Sequence record: PV764601.1
Strand: one strand, 5' to 3'
Length of the DNA: 64,000 bases
Positions 1-9,785 of the stretch are shown here, in pieces (the first letter of the stretch is position 1; the number at the start of each line of letters is the position of its first letter). Both the position numbers and the translations under genes were made by a program. Under the pieces are notes generated by a model. The model was not told the origin of the DNA. It did not search any database and was given only the letters and a program-made list of their open reading frames with translations.

Positions 1-3000
1 TTAGCCTAACTTGAAGCCGCGAGAACCGAGCGCGGCGTAGGCCCCAGCTTGCATAATGGACCCTCTAGGGAGTGCCACAGCACCCGAACGGCCTGCCACG
101 GCACCAATGCCGCCAGAGCCTCGGATGGAGGTTCCCTTCATGTGGGCCTTACACCATACTGGGTCAAGGAGGAACTTGCACAGGAGGAACACTGCCCGAA
201 GATTATCGTCAGTGAAACCTGAGCCCTTGGACACTTGGTTACCAGCATCCTGCACCGTCTGCATCTGGAAGAACGTATGGGCTACCGGCTTGTACTTGAA
301 GCAGTGCGGGTAGTCCGTCGCCGTCTCCATCCTGTCGATTTCCTCGAAGGAGATTTCGGGGTGAGGCAGGAGGATGCCGGGACGTTCGTCCATGAGGTGG
401 TCACGGAACTCCACAATGTCCTCGTAGGTCAGGCTATAGTTCTCCGTGTACAGGTTGGGGAACTTCGCCATAGCATCGTGCAGGAATTTCTTGTTCTGCC
501 ATCTATCCGAAACCAGCGCAGCCACGTTGAACTTCTGGATGAGCGGGTACAGGGTACGCTCGGCGATCCTATTGTAGTTGATTGCAGAGACGCGAACCTT
601 TGGTGCCACCTCAATGATGCCCGTGACCTTGACGGTACGCACGAAACCGAGGCGTGGTTCTCGTGTGGTTTCCACGTGCCCGATTGCCATAGAGAACGAG
701 TTGTTCACTTCGCCCGCGTCGAGCGCCATAGCACTGACAGGCACCATACCGACGTTGCGTGTAGTGATGATTTCTGCCCACTTTTGCTTTAGGGCAGCGC
801 GCGGGTCCTTCAACGTCTTGTATTTGTACTCGATCTTGTTGGCGGGTAGCGCAAACGTCGATTGCAGATGCTCGCCAATGTCGAAGAACGGGTTCTCAGA
901 CAGCGGCGGATTGGCGCCGAAATCTCGCTCAAACTTGACAGGTTCGTTCTTGAACTCCCGGCGCAGTGACTTCTCGCTAAGGTCGGGGTTGAACTTCCAC
1001 GACGGCAGGTGCATAACCAGCGCGCGCTTGTTGCTGACGTTTTCCTTGACGCCACGCATGATGAAATCGCGGTGCGACATTGGCGAGGAAATGTAGACAC
1101 CCAACGCGGTCGGGATGTTGCTGTAGCCCTTGCGCAGCTGACGACGTGCGGCTTCTCGGAGGGTCAGGGTCGAGTTCTTTAGCGACGTGTGGGTTTCAAA
1201 GATCGACATACGTTCCTTGTCGTCCACGTTACCGTCAATTGGGAACAGACCGGCCTCGTCCACCACGTAGAAGAATCGCGTATCACCACGCAGCGTTCGC
1301 TTAGACGGACCCGAGGGTGCGAGGTAAAGGTCACGATGGCGATACTGCAACATGATACCGCCGGGCTTCTTGTAGAGTTCGATGCCCTTGCGTGCACTCA
1401 CATCATCCAGCATGGAGTGGTAGTTGTTGAACCACTCGGAGTTCATCAGCATGTTCTGGATTGGATTCCAGAGCAGGTTTTGCGCACGACCGAAGGTTAG
1501 CGCCACGAACGATGCCGTCAGGATTGAGCCCTTGAACAGACCGAACACCGCAGTGGGGTTCTGCAACTTGAGGTACTTGTGCAGGATATAGCTGGACAGC
1601 ATGGACAGCGTGGTAGACTTACCCGCACGCTGACCGACACAGTTATGTACCACGATTCCGTTCGCAGTGAAGCGATGAGACTTGCTGACATTAATGTCGT
1701 ACACCGTTTCCCTACCCACATAATCCACACTGGACACTCGGTCAAAATAGTAACCAGCTTCAGCCAATGCCTTAATCCTACCACTGAGACGCGGCGATAC
1801 CTTGGCAAAGTTAGAAAGCAAAGACGCAGTTACCTTGTGGTAAGGGAGTGTTTTTCGCTGATGGTGAAATCCGTTACTGTTTACTACGCAATTAACGGGT
1901 GTGCCCTCATCATTGAAGTACGCGTGCTTGCTTGGATGAACCCTTCGTGCACCTAGACAAGCCATAATTCCGGAGACTGGAATACCCACAACATCGGTAC
2001 CAGTCGCCCTAGCTTCCACGTAGATTTTCTTTCGCTTAGACACCATGTAGGGGCGTAGGCGGGCGTATAGTGCGTTGCCATAGTTGCCACATACATTTAG
2101 CGCGTTTGTCCCACCTGTTTCCCTAAGCTGCTGTCCAGACAGGATACCCCACGATTGTAGGATCACTTGAATTTGACCAAGCGCTTTCGCCGAGGAGCTA
2201 TAGAAACTTACACGCTCGGTGCGAACACTTCCGTCACCTTCAACAAATGATGCCAAGAATGATGCCTTGGCCTCGCAGTCGGCCTCCAAGATTGCCCAAG
2301 GGATTTCAAGATTCTTAGAACCGAACTTCACTCCTAGATAGTTAAGCCACTGACCCAGCGTGCTGCTATAAAGAGTAGTAGCATACACATCCTTGGTCCG
2401 AGTAAATGCTACTCCATTTACGTGGCTAGTGCTACCCTTCTCTTGGAAAAGCTTTGTGGTAGCGGCTACTCCGAATTCCTTCAGAGTCAAGTCACGCACA
2501 ATCTTGTGCAGCTTGGTATCTGCGTTAACAAACGTGAATCCGTCCACCCCAACGGAACCATCGGACAGTAGCAGGCCCAAAAGGCGAGCCAGTCCCACCG
2601 TCATATGACGGGGCTTGCGCAGCTTCTTGACCTTGGGGTCGATGGATGGATTGTCGGGGAGAGACAGTTTTAGCTTCCGACGCACCTTGGTCTCGTTCAA
2701 GGAAATGCAGAGCAAATCAGTTTTGGTCAACTTGCCCAAGTCCTTCCATTCAAGATCAAGGGTTTTGATGTTCAGTACCTGGACCTTGTGATCGTAGGTA
2801 CCCCGAACGGAGTACCCCTTGGCCGTTGTAGCCTTGTACGTAGACTTGAGTCCCTTCGGGAGGAATTGATAGGCAACATCATGGGCATGGCCGGAATTCA
2901 CCCGCACTCCCAACCTATCTCCCATAGAATCAAGACGCACAAGGCCCTGAGCAGTCTGTACCAAGGTGTCACCCGTGAGGCACGCGTAACCTTCGTTAGG

Positions 3001-3582
3001 TCGGCGTACAATCTTCTTGCGAATCTGCTGTGCTCGCGTCTGCTTACACTTCGGACAGACACCGTTCTGATAGAACGTCACCATTTCCAGCAGGTCGTAG
3101 ATGTTCTTCAACCCGACAGGAATGTTGTTTACATCGAACCACTTTGGGTCCGTACACTTTGGGTTGCCGCAAGCATCGCCTAGGAGATTGGCAATTAGCC
3201 ACAGCTGCCTCGGGAAGGGAGTGCCTGCGGTCAGGCCGTCCTTCGCCATACAGAAGTCGAAGAAGTTACCGAATTCCTTGAAGTCACGGTCGTCCACCAC
3301 AAGATCGGGCGGGACCGGAGACTTGGAGTTCAGCACCTCGTCCCACATCTTTTCTAGGCCGAGTTCAGCAGCAAAAGCCTCCGTCTCGTCAATGGCCGAA
3401 GGCTCAATGAGAGTGGAGGCTATTTGTTTAGACTTGTACTCGTTCGTTGCTTCTAGACTCAGGCCCGACGATGAGAAGTCGATACCTGTCCAAGCGTGGC
3501 AGGAATATTCCCTGCCACGCGCCTGCTTATTCGGGTCCGCGCATTTGAAGTAGTGCGCGCAACTCAGACAGTTTTGAGTCAT
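1..3582 (-). CDS. terL: Terminase large subunit, intein-containing
   Basis: Walker A GQRAGKS directly after the intein, Walker B YVVDEAG, motif III YISSP, C-terminal RNase H-like nuclease (MALDAGEVNN, VSDRWQ, TDDNLRA); stop TAA at 1-3. Confidence 0.9.
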   Translation of the reverse strand: MTQNCLSCAHYFKCADPNKQARGREYSCHAWTGIDFSSSGLSLEATNEYKSKQIASTLIEPSAIDETEAFAAELGLEKMWDEVLNSKSPVPPDLVVDDRDFKEFGNFFDFCMAKDGLTAGTPFPRQLWLIANLLGDACGNPKCTDPKWFDVNNIPVGLKNIYDLLEMVTFYQNGVCPKCKQTRAQQIRKKIVRRPNEGYACLTGDTLVQTAQGLVRLDSMGDRLGVRVNSGHAHDVAYQFLPKGLKSTYKATTAKGYSVRGTYDHKVQVLNIKTLDLEWKDLGKLTKTDLLCISLNETKVRRKLKLSLPDNPSIDPKVKKLRKPRHMTVGLARLLGLLLSDGSVGVDGFTFVNADTKLHKIVRDLTLKEFGVAATTKLFQEKGSTSHVNGVAFTRTKDVYATTLYSSTLGQWLNYLGVKFGSKNLEIPWAILEADCEAKASFLASFVEGDGSVRTERVSFYSSSAKALGQIQVILQSWGILSGQQLRETGGTNALNVCGNYGNALYARLRPYMVSKRKKIYVEARATGTDVVGIPVSGIMACLGARRVHPSKHAYFNDEGTPVNCVVNSNGFHHQRKTLPYHKVTASLLSNFAKVSPRLSGRIKALAEAGYYFDRVSSVDYVGRETVYDINVSKSHRFTANGIVVHNCVGQRAGKSTTLSMLSSYILHKYLKLQNPTAVFGLFKGSILTASFVALTFGRAQNLLWNPIQNMLMNSEWFNNYHSMLDDVSARKGIELYKKPGGIMLQYRHRDLYLAPSGPSKRTLRGDTRFFYVVDEAGLFPIDGNVDDKERMSIFETHTSLKNSTLTLREAARRQLRKGYSNIPTALGVYISSPMSHRDFIMRGVKENVSNKRALVMHLPSWKFNPDLSEKSLRREFKNEPVKFERDFGANPPLSENPFFDIGEHLQSTFALPANKIEYKYKTLKDPRAALKQKWAEIITTRNVGMVPVSAMALDAGEVNNSFSMAIGHVETTREPRLGFVRTVKVTGIIEVAPKVRVSAINYNRIAERTLYPLIQKFNVAALVSDRWQNKKFLHDAMAKFPNLYTENYSLTYEDIVEFRDHLMDERPGILLPHPEISFEEIDRMETATDYPHCFKYKPVAHTFFQMQTVQDAGNQVSKGSGFTDDNLRAVFLLCKFLLDPVWCKAHMKGTSIRGSGGIGAVAGRSGAVALPRGSIMQAGAYAALGSRGFKLG
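1642..2982 (-). mobile_element. Intein with LAGLIDADG homing endonuclease (447 aa) in TerL
   Basis: Starts CLTGDTLV, ends VYDINV...FTANGIVVHN followed by extein Cys; two LAGLIDADG-like helices LLGLLLSDGS and FLASFVEGDGS. Confidence 0.93.
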
Positions 3583-4225
3583 CAGGATTTCTTGGAATGA
3601 ATTGAGCCAAGGCTGCCATGCGTGCGTTCAAAACCCCGTTAACGTCGCCTAGCCTAAGCTGCTTGGCTATAGCTTCCGTGAACTTGAGGTCTACGAGGTC
3701 GCGTAGGGTAGACTTGATCTGTACGTCCTTCAATGTGAAATGCGGATCGTCAAGGAGCAGTTGCATCGTCTGCATGATCTTGTCCGTCGCGGAGTTGTAT
3801 CCGAGTTGGACCGCACACAGTCGCAGTAGCTCCCTGTAGAACGCGTTGGAGCTTTGCTCCAACGTCTTGGTAAATGATTCCTTGTCTTCGTCAGAGACAT
3901 CCAGTTCGTCAATGACTAGCTCGCGCATGAGGGCCTGCTGGCGTTCTTCCTCAGTCTTCCAGACGCGCTGCCCTGTTACATCAAATTGATCGGCGGCTTT
4001 TCCGGAAAGGAAAATCCAACAATCGGTTGGAGCCTGCCAGTAGACGTTGGGAGACCGAACTGGCTTGCTCTGCGTCTTGTATTCATCCTCATCTGCCCGC
4101 ACCATGCTTCCCGAACCCAACCGCTCCATGAGAGCGGCTGCGTCCAGACTTCCTAGTTCCGCTAGGAGGGGCGAATGGTCACGAGGCTGAAACGGTGTAA
4201 CCTCGCCGCCCGCTTCGGTACTCAT
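3527..4225 (-). CDS. Hypothetical protein (possible terminase small subunit)
   Basis: 232-aa helical ORF directly upstream of and overlapping terL; function inferred from position only. Confidence 0.5.
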   Translation of the reverse strand: MSTEAGGEVTPFQPRDHSPLLAELGSLDAAALMERLGSGSMVRADEDEYKTQSKPVRSPNVYWQAPTDCWIFLSGKAADQFDVTGQRVWKTEEERQQALMRELVIDELDVSDEDKESFTKTLEQSSNAFYRELLRLCAVQLGYNSATDKIMQTMQLLLDDPHFTLKDVQIKSTLRDLVDLKFTEAIAKQLRLGDVNGVLNARMAALAQFIPRNPDDSKLSELRALLQMRGPE

Positions 4226-4488
4226 GCGTTAGTGTAGGACCGAACCTGTGCAATGGATTCGTACAGGGAGCGCTCAGTAGCGGTCGCCGGACGGTGTACG
4301 GTGGTAAGACCACTGCCACGGCCCCCAAGGTCATCCCAAGATTCCCACTCCCCATTGTTGTTGATATAGGCGTCAGAGGGAACGTTACTCTCGGTACGCA
4401 GCTTGGACAGGATGTTGGTGAACACGTCGTTGACGTTGATTTCAACATCAACGTTCTCACGGGTAATTACTTCGGCTCGTACTTTCAT
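4222..4488 (-). CDS. Hypothetical protein
   Basis: GGAG SD before ATG; ATGA coupling to next gene. Confidence 0.7.
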   Translation of the reverse strand: MKVRAEVITRENVDVEINVNDVFTNILSKLRTESNVPSDAYINNNGEWESWDDLGGRGSGLTTVHRPATATERSLYESIAQVRSYTNA

Positions 4489-4499
4489 GTTGGCTCCGG

Positions 4500-5885
4500 T
4501 TAGTCATCGTCTCCATCGTCGGGAAGGTTAATCTCTTCCGTCAGACGATCCAGTTCTGCACGTCGCTTGTCGCCCTTCTTGGTAGGCTCAGGCGCACGCT
4601 CATCCCGATTACCATCTGCATCCTCAAGGTCTGTAACCTTCATGATGCTGTAGTCGGTGAGCAGCTGGAAGTTGATTGGGGTAAGGTTTCGAGATTTGGT
4701 AGTTCGGATGTCGATGATGCCTGTCTCACGCGACTCATCGGTGTACACCCACAGCCATGCAACGTCAGCGTTTTCTGCGATGGATCGTGCGTACTTGATC
4801 TTGCCTTCTTCCGAAAGCTGCGCCAGCATGATGAGCACAGTCTCAGTGTTGTTCGCCCAAATCTTGCCCGCACGCGAGATAGCACCCAGCTGCTTGACCG
4901 AGTTCTCATCTGCATCCACGCCCTTCAACAGGGAGATATAGTCGATACAGATAACGTCGAACTTGTGCGGCTTGAGCGTGAACAGAATCTCTTCCAGTGA
5001 CATATCCTCTTCGGGAGAGAAGATACTGTACCGAGCATTGATTTCCTTGAAGTGACCGCGCTTCTTCTTGTACGCCTTTTCGATCTTCTTCTTCTCGCCC
5101 TTCGATAGCTTCTGCTGGGCGATCTTGTTGACTTCGATACCGGTCTCTGCCGCAATCGTTCGCATCATCGTTTGCTCGCTGGTCATTTCCAGCGCGACGA
5201 GGCAGACACGATGACCGCGTTCGGCCATATTCATCAAGGTCTGATTGGCTACGGTCGATTTACCACCACCCGTAGTTGCCGACATAACAAAGAACGAGCC
5301 ACGCAGGATGCCACCGTTTACGTCATCCCATGCACGGTAGCCAGTCGGAATGATGGACGCCTTCTCACCGTACAGGATGTTCTTGATGAGGCGATCCATG
5401 TTGTTACCGACACCAAGGTGATACACCTTGGCCGTGGCACCTGCGCTACTACGCAGCCCGGTGATAACGTCGGCAGACGAGTCGATCATTTCGTCAATGT
5501 CAACCTTGTCACCGTCCAGCTTCTCCAGCACTTCCTTGGCGTTGAAGTACAGGCCGCGCATCTTGCGATACTGATCCAGCGTAGCGATCAAGTTGCGTGC
5601 AGCAGCTTTGTCCTTCGGTATCTTGCTCTTCTTGTTGTTCAGTTCCTTCGTCAGAATCTTGCGTGTGTTCTCCGACAGGGCTGGGTCAGTGCACAGTTCA
5701 CCGAACTCAGGCACTTCACCCTTCTTGCGTACAACGTTCAGCACTCGCTTAAACGCTTCCTTACATGGCCCGCTGTGGAAGTGTTCTTCGCGTAGTGTAC
5801 CGAGCAGCTGACTCGACACCTTCTCATTATCCGAGCAGATGCCTTTCAGTGCCTGCTTCTCTCCGATCAACGTCAAAAGTCTAAT
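4500..5885 (-). CDS. dnaB: Replicative DNA helicase, DnaB family (probable ATT start at 5885)
   Basis: Walker A ATTGGGKS, VALEM, ICIDYISLL, MLAQL, KSRN motifs; SD GAGGA 7 nt before an in-frame ATT; in-frame TAA at 5919-5921 bounds the frame. Confidence 0.9.
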   Translation of the reverse strand: MRLLTLIGEKQALKGICSDNEKVSSQLLGTLREEHFHSGPCKEAFKRVLNVVRKKGEVPEFGELCTDPALSENTRKILTKELNNKKSKIPKDKAAARNLIATLDQYRKMRGLYFNAKEVLEKLDGDKVDIDEMIDSSADVITGLRSSAGATAKVYHLGVGNNMDRLIKNILYGEKASIIPTGYRAWDDVNGGILRGSFFVMSATTGGGKSTVANQTLMNMAERGHRVCLVALEMTSEQTMMRTIAAETGIEVNKIAQQKLSKGEKKKIEKAYKKKRGHFKEINARYSIFSPEEDMSLEEILFTLKPHKFDVICIDYISLLKGVDADENSVKQLGAISRAGKIWANNTETVLIMLAQLSEEGKIKYARSIAENADVAWLWVYTDESRETGIIDIRTTKSRNLTPINFQLLTDYSIMKVTDLEDADGNRDERAPEPTKKGDKRRAELDRLTEEINLPDDGDDD

Positions 5886-5925
5886 TGTCTTATCCTCGTT
5901 TGGTGCGCATAGACGTAGTTACTAC

Positions 5926-6531
5926 TTAGATGGACTCAGTAACACGCCGGCTCTTGTTGGCAACCATGATGCCGCCATTCAAGGGGAAGTGCAATTTGTT
6001 GGTGAAGAATTCAACGGGGTCCATACCCGTTGTAACGACAATGCGAGGCACGTCGTTATACAGTTCCAGAATGTCTCGCAGCTTCTCGATCTTGATCTGG
6101 CTACTATCGGATGGAACGTTGGTCAGGATGAAAGCACTTGGCTTGGATTTGCCATGCCTGCGTTCATCACGGTACTCATCCTTAAAGCTGCCTGTCAGGG
6201 TGTGCCACACCGGCTTGCCAAAGGCGAACGCCTCTTTGGAGGCAAGCTCTTTGTAGGCGGTCAGAAGCTGGGCGTACATCCATGCAGCAACGAACTTGGC
6301 AGTGCTGTCGGTGCCAGTGCCGCTGATGCAGAACGTATAGTTTGAAATTAGTTGCGGAGCGAATTTGGCGAGCGCGTCCAACTGTGCCTTTGGCTTGATG
6401 GTACGAACCTTGCCATTTCCTGACTTGGAGACGATGCGTTCCGCGTCTACGTCGAGGGTGGAGAACTGCGGCAGGGGCACTCGCTCCAGCCGCAGATTCC
6501 GAAGCTCACTTTTCTTTAGGGTTAGCTTCAC
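5926..6531 (-). CDS. Degenerate P-loop protein, DnaC/DnaA-like helicase loader candidate
   Basis: Strand-loop-helix FCISGTGTDSTAK in Walker A position, FILTNV in Walker B position, PRIVVTT; adjacent to dnaB. Confidence 0.45.
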   Translation of the reverse strand: MKLTLKKSELRNLRLERVPLPQFSTLDVDAERIVSKSGNGKVRTIKPKAQLDALAKFAPQLISNYTFCISGTGTDSTAKFVAAWMYAQLLTAYKELASKEAFAFGKPVWHTLTGSFKDEYRDERRHGKSKPSAFILTNVPSDSSQIKIEKLRDILELYNDVPRIVVTTGMDPVEFFTNKLHFPLNGGIMVANKSRRVTESI

Positions 6532-6538
6532 TTGTCAC

Positions 6539-8152
6539 CTAGTAATCGGTACGGTACGGGCGTGGGTTGTCTACCTGATCCCACTGACCCGCTCTCTTCA
6601 ACTTGGCTTGATACCTGTTGCCTTTCAGTGCCCGATGACGTGCGATCACGTCAAGGCCCTGCGGCGTGAAGTCAAGCGGCTTTTGTTTCTTAGCCTTCCG
6701 TTGCTGACTGTAGTTTACAAGAACGTCAAACATGTTGATGACGCAATTCCGAGACGGCGAGAAGTCGTCAATGAGGAATTTGACAACCGGGGCAGGCTTG
6801 CTTGGGTGCGGCGTACAAACTCGATTGAACTCCTGCACGAAGTTCGGAGGATTGTTCATAGGCATGCACTCTAGCAGGCCACTCCAGATGGGAACGTTCA
6901 CACCCGTAAGCAGCTGTCGCATCGCAATGACGCACTTGTACTTACCCTCCCGGGCGTCCAGAATGATCTGACGACGCTGCTTCTTGCCCTGTCGCCCCGT
7001 GAATTCGATTGCGACCTTCTTACCCATCTTACGATTGATCGCATCACGAATCTGGATTGCTTGATTGACAAACGTGACCGGGATCAGGATGCTACGCCCA
7101 CCATCGGATTTCATCATCGCAATCGCCTCGTTCACAATCAAGGCTTGCCGCTTCGCATCCTTTTCCAACGCCTTCATGGCGTAGGTCCAGAGATTGTAGT
7201 TCTTGTTGCTTGAGAAGCCCGAGTCCATCACGTCGATCTTCGGTGCCATCGTCTCCACCTCAGTCTTGTGCGCGACAGGACCGATGATATAACGAGGCAG
7301 CACGTGACGGCCATCCTTTCGCTCAATCGTACCCGACAGTCCATAGCGGCTGCGAGACTCAAACGAGTTGATGACCTTGGCGTAACCTGATGCACCTGCA
7401 CGGTGCACCTCATCCACCATGACAATGCCAAACAGGCGGCGAATCTTGCGCAGCAACTTGCGACCACCCGGCGACAGGAACGTCTGATAGGTAGCTACCG
7501 CAATGTCATACTTTTTGAACTGCTCGTACTTGCGTGCGATGCCCACCAGTTCCCGCTTCTCCATCTTCTCAATGTCAGCGATGTTGGTGAACTTCGGCTT
7601 CTTGCTGCGGAACGTTTCAATGAACTGCTCGGCCAAATCCTCTTGGTGAACGAGGATTAGGGCCTTTCGGCCCTTCTTGAAAATCAGCGCAGTGCCCATG
7701 ACCGTCTTGCCCGAACGCGGCGGACTCTCCAGCTGACCGTGCCCTGTGCTTTTCAGGTCTTTGATAGCACCCTTCTGGAACTTGTGCAGCAGCTTGTAGT
7801 CGAAGCTAAGATCGGGATGTAGCTTGCGCCCCTTGGCACGTCGTTCGTCTAGGATGAGACGGTACCCATCCATCAACTCACTAAGGGCCTTGTGGTGCCC
7901 AACAGGAAGTCCGATGTGCGGCTTCCCATCAATTTCTTTGGTATTCCAGAAAGTGAAGTCGCCAACGAGGTTCTCACAATCAAGGCATTCGTCAGTGAGG
8001 CGTTCCTCGCGGAACTCACACTTGCGACACCCGTTGTCATTGAACACCGTCTTGTGGTACAGCCTCTCTAGCTTCTCAGGATCAACCCGATTCTCCGGCA
8101 CATAGAAGCGGTCGAGCGCCACTACGGTTACCGAGGGAATCTTCTTACCCAT
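6539..8152 (-). CDS. Superfamily 2 DNA helicase (UvsW/XPB-like)
   Basis: SPPRSGKT, MVDEVH, GLSGT, TGVNVP, QEFNRVCT motifs; N-terminal CxxC...CxxC. Confidence 0.85.
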   Translation of the reverse strand: MGKKIPSVTVVALDRFYVPENRVDPEKLERLYHKTVFNDNGCRKCEFREERLTDECLDCENLVGDFTFWNTKEIDGKPHIGLPVGHHKALSELMDGYRLILDERRAKGRKLHPDLSFDYKLLHKFQKGAIKDLKSTGHGQLESPPRSGKTVMGTALIFKKGRKALILVHQEDLAEQFIETFRSKKPKFTNIADIEKMEKRELVGIARKYEQFKKYDIAVATYQTFLSPGGRKLLRKIRRLFGIVMVDEVHRAGASGYAKVINSFESRSRYGLSGTIERKDGRHVLPRYIIGPVAHKTEVETMAPKIDVMDSGFSSNKNYNLWTYAMKALEKDAKRQALIVNEAIAMMKSDGGRSILIPVTFVNQAIQIRDAINRKMGKKVAIEFTGRQGKKQRRQIILDAREGKYKCVIAMRQLLTGVNVPIWSGLLECMPMNNPPNFVQEFNRVCTPHPSKPAPVVKFLIDDFSPSRNCVINMFDVLVNYSQQRKAKKQKPLDFTPQGLDVIARHRALKGNRYQAKLKRAGQWDQVDNPRPYRTDY

Positions 8153-8709
8153 TAGGTGTACTCTCCTCGATTCGTGATGGCCAAAGCCTCGATGGTACGG
8201 TGCAGCGAGAAGCCGGCCTTATCAATGTCTTCGATCACAAAATCAATGGCTTCGATGACTGCCTCCAACTCCTTCAACCTGCGCTCGCCCTTGTGCAGCA
8301 GACGACGCATAGCGCGATTCCGATCATCCACAGTGCGTCCACCGATCAGGTCGGGGTGCTTGTGGGTAATGTGATCCTGAATTGCGCCGTGGCCCATATC
8401 AAGGACCGCAAATTCGTATGCAGCCAGCTGACGCATTTCAACGAGACGGCTACGATGGGCCGTCTCTTGCATGGAGAACTTGGCAGCCTTCTTTGGTCCC
8501 GGCGTAGTAGCAGTACGCATGGGACGCGAGGAATGGATGGTGGTCAACTCGGCGTACAGGGCCGGAATGTCAAGGGTGCAATTCTTAACGACTCGGGTGT
8601 ACTTCTGATACGTTACATCGTCCTTCAAACCCGCTGGGGCTTTCGCCACGGGCTGCGGCTTGAACTTGATGCCTTTCGTGCTCTTGCGCTTACCGGCCAT
8701 GTTGGTCAC
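8152..8709 (-). CDS. Hypothetical protein
   Basis: Coupled overlaps on both sides; phage-like codon usage; start may be ATG at 8700. Confidence 0.7.
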   Translation of the reverse strand: MTNMAGKRKSTKGIKFKPQPVAKAPAGLKDDVTYQKYTRVVKNCTLDIPALYAELTTIHSSRPMRTATTPGPKKAAKFSMQETAHRSRLVEMRQLAAYEFAVLDMGHGAIQDHITHKHPDLIGGRTVDDRNRAMRRLLHKGERRLKELEAVIEAIDFVIEDIDKAGFSLHRTIEALAITNRGEYT

Positions 8710-9386
8710 CGCAGATTGGTGGTCTTGATACCTTGCACCGAGTTCTGGAACTTCTGTTCCATTTCAGGCTCCCAATAGTCGCCGCGCAGTGCAGTGACCG
8801 AAGTGAGCGCATTCTCTTCAACGCCACGGCAGGCCATGCAGGTGTGCATACCGACCAGCGACACGGCAGCGCCTGCGCTTGCGAGGGAGGGGAATGCGCC
8901 TTCGCCGTTAGGCAGAGACAGCACATCCGCAATGTCTTCGGCAAGCTGTTCTTGCAGGACGGGGCGGCGACCCAGCAGCTTGCAGATGCGAGCAAGCTTG
9001 GACAGCCCAAGCACGCCGCCATTGTCACCCGGAATGTACGCCACGTGTGCATGGTATCGAACCGGCATCAGGTGGTGCGGGCAGCAGGAGTTGACAGTGA
9101 TCGGGCCCTGAGTAACGGAACCGGCGGGGACACGCTGACCACGTGCCTTGGGCTTATGACGGCTGACCGGGAATTCCACAGCCACGATCGGAGCGAGCAG
9201 CTTGGAGATTTCATCATCGCTCAGACAGGTTTCAATCAGAGCGCGTACAGCGCGATCTTCGGTGCCAACAAAATTCGCCAGCAGTTCCGGATTCTTGGTG
9301 TTACTGCGCAGGTGATTGACGATCACCGTGTACGCATCCTTCAACTGTTCCTTCGTAGCTGGAATTCCAGCAAGAGTCTTGCTCAT
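8706..9386 (-). CDS. folE: GTP cyclohydrolase I
   Basis: SCCPHHLMP, GLSKLARI, LQEQL, HTCMACRGV motifs. Confidence 0.92.
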   Translation of the reverse strand: MSKTLAGIPATKEQLKDAYTVIVNHLRSNTKNPELLANFVGTEDRAVRALIETCLSDDEISKLLAPIVAVEFPVSRHKPKARGQRVPAGSVTQGPITVNSCCPHHLMPVRYHAHVAYIPGDNGGVLGLSKLARICKLLGRRPVLQEQLAEDIADVLSLPNGEGAFPSLASAGAAVSLVGMHTCMACRGVEENALTSVTALRGDYWEPEMEQKFQNSVQGIKTTNLR

Positions 9387-9784
9387 GGGTTGTCCAAATG
9401 TTCCGTAATGTCTAAAGGTTTTGTGCTCAGGAAAAGCACTGTATGGGGTGTGGTCAGAATCTTGATGCCGGGTAGCTTGTAACGTAGCTCCGGGTATCCT
9501 TTCTGCTTCTCTAGTTCCTTGATCGGAACCTTAGCTACTGACTTTCTAGCCGCCAAAAGGAAATAGGTGTCTCGCTTTACCTTACCCGTAGCCTCGATGG
9601 CATACCCTACCTGCATCCCGCCTTCACCGAGGTGCAGCGTATTCACACGAACCCAACCCAGCTGCAAATGCGGGCTGGGTTGGACGTGGACAGGTAGCGC
9701 GCAAGGTACGTTAAGGAGGACGTAGTAAGCACCGATCCTATAGAAGCAGTCAGTTTGGAATGTAGCAACTGACAGGTCTATCAT
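9383..9784 (-). CDS. Hypothetical protein
   Basis: ATG (MIDL) just after the clamp stop; ATGA overlap with folE. Confidence 0.6.
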   Translation of the reverse strand: MIDLSVATFQTDCFYRIGAYYVLLNVPCALPVHVQPSPHLQLGWVRVNTLHLGEGGMQVGYAIEATGKVKRDTYFLLAARKSVAKVPIKELEKQKGYPELRYKLPGIKILTTPHTVLFLSTKPLDITEHLDNP

Positions 9785-9785
9785 C

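Noticed and set aside
9383-9784. QueD candidate next to folE
   Set aside because: Lacks the HGH and T-fold signature of 6-carboxytetrahydropterin synthase
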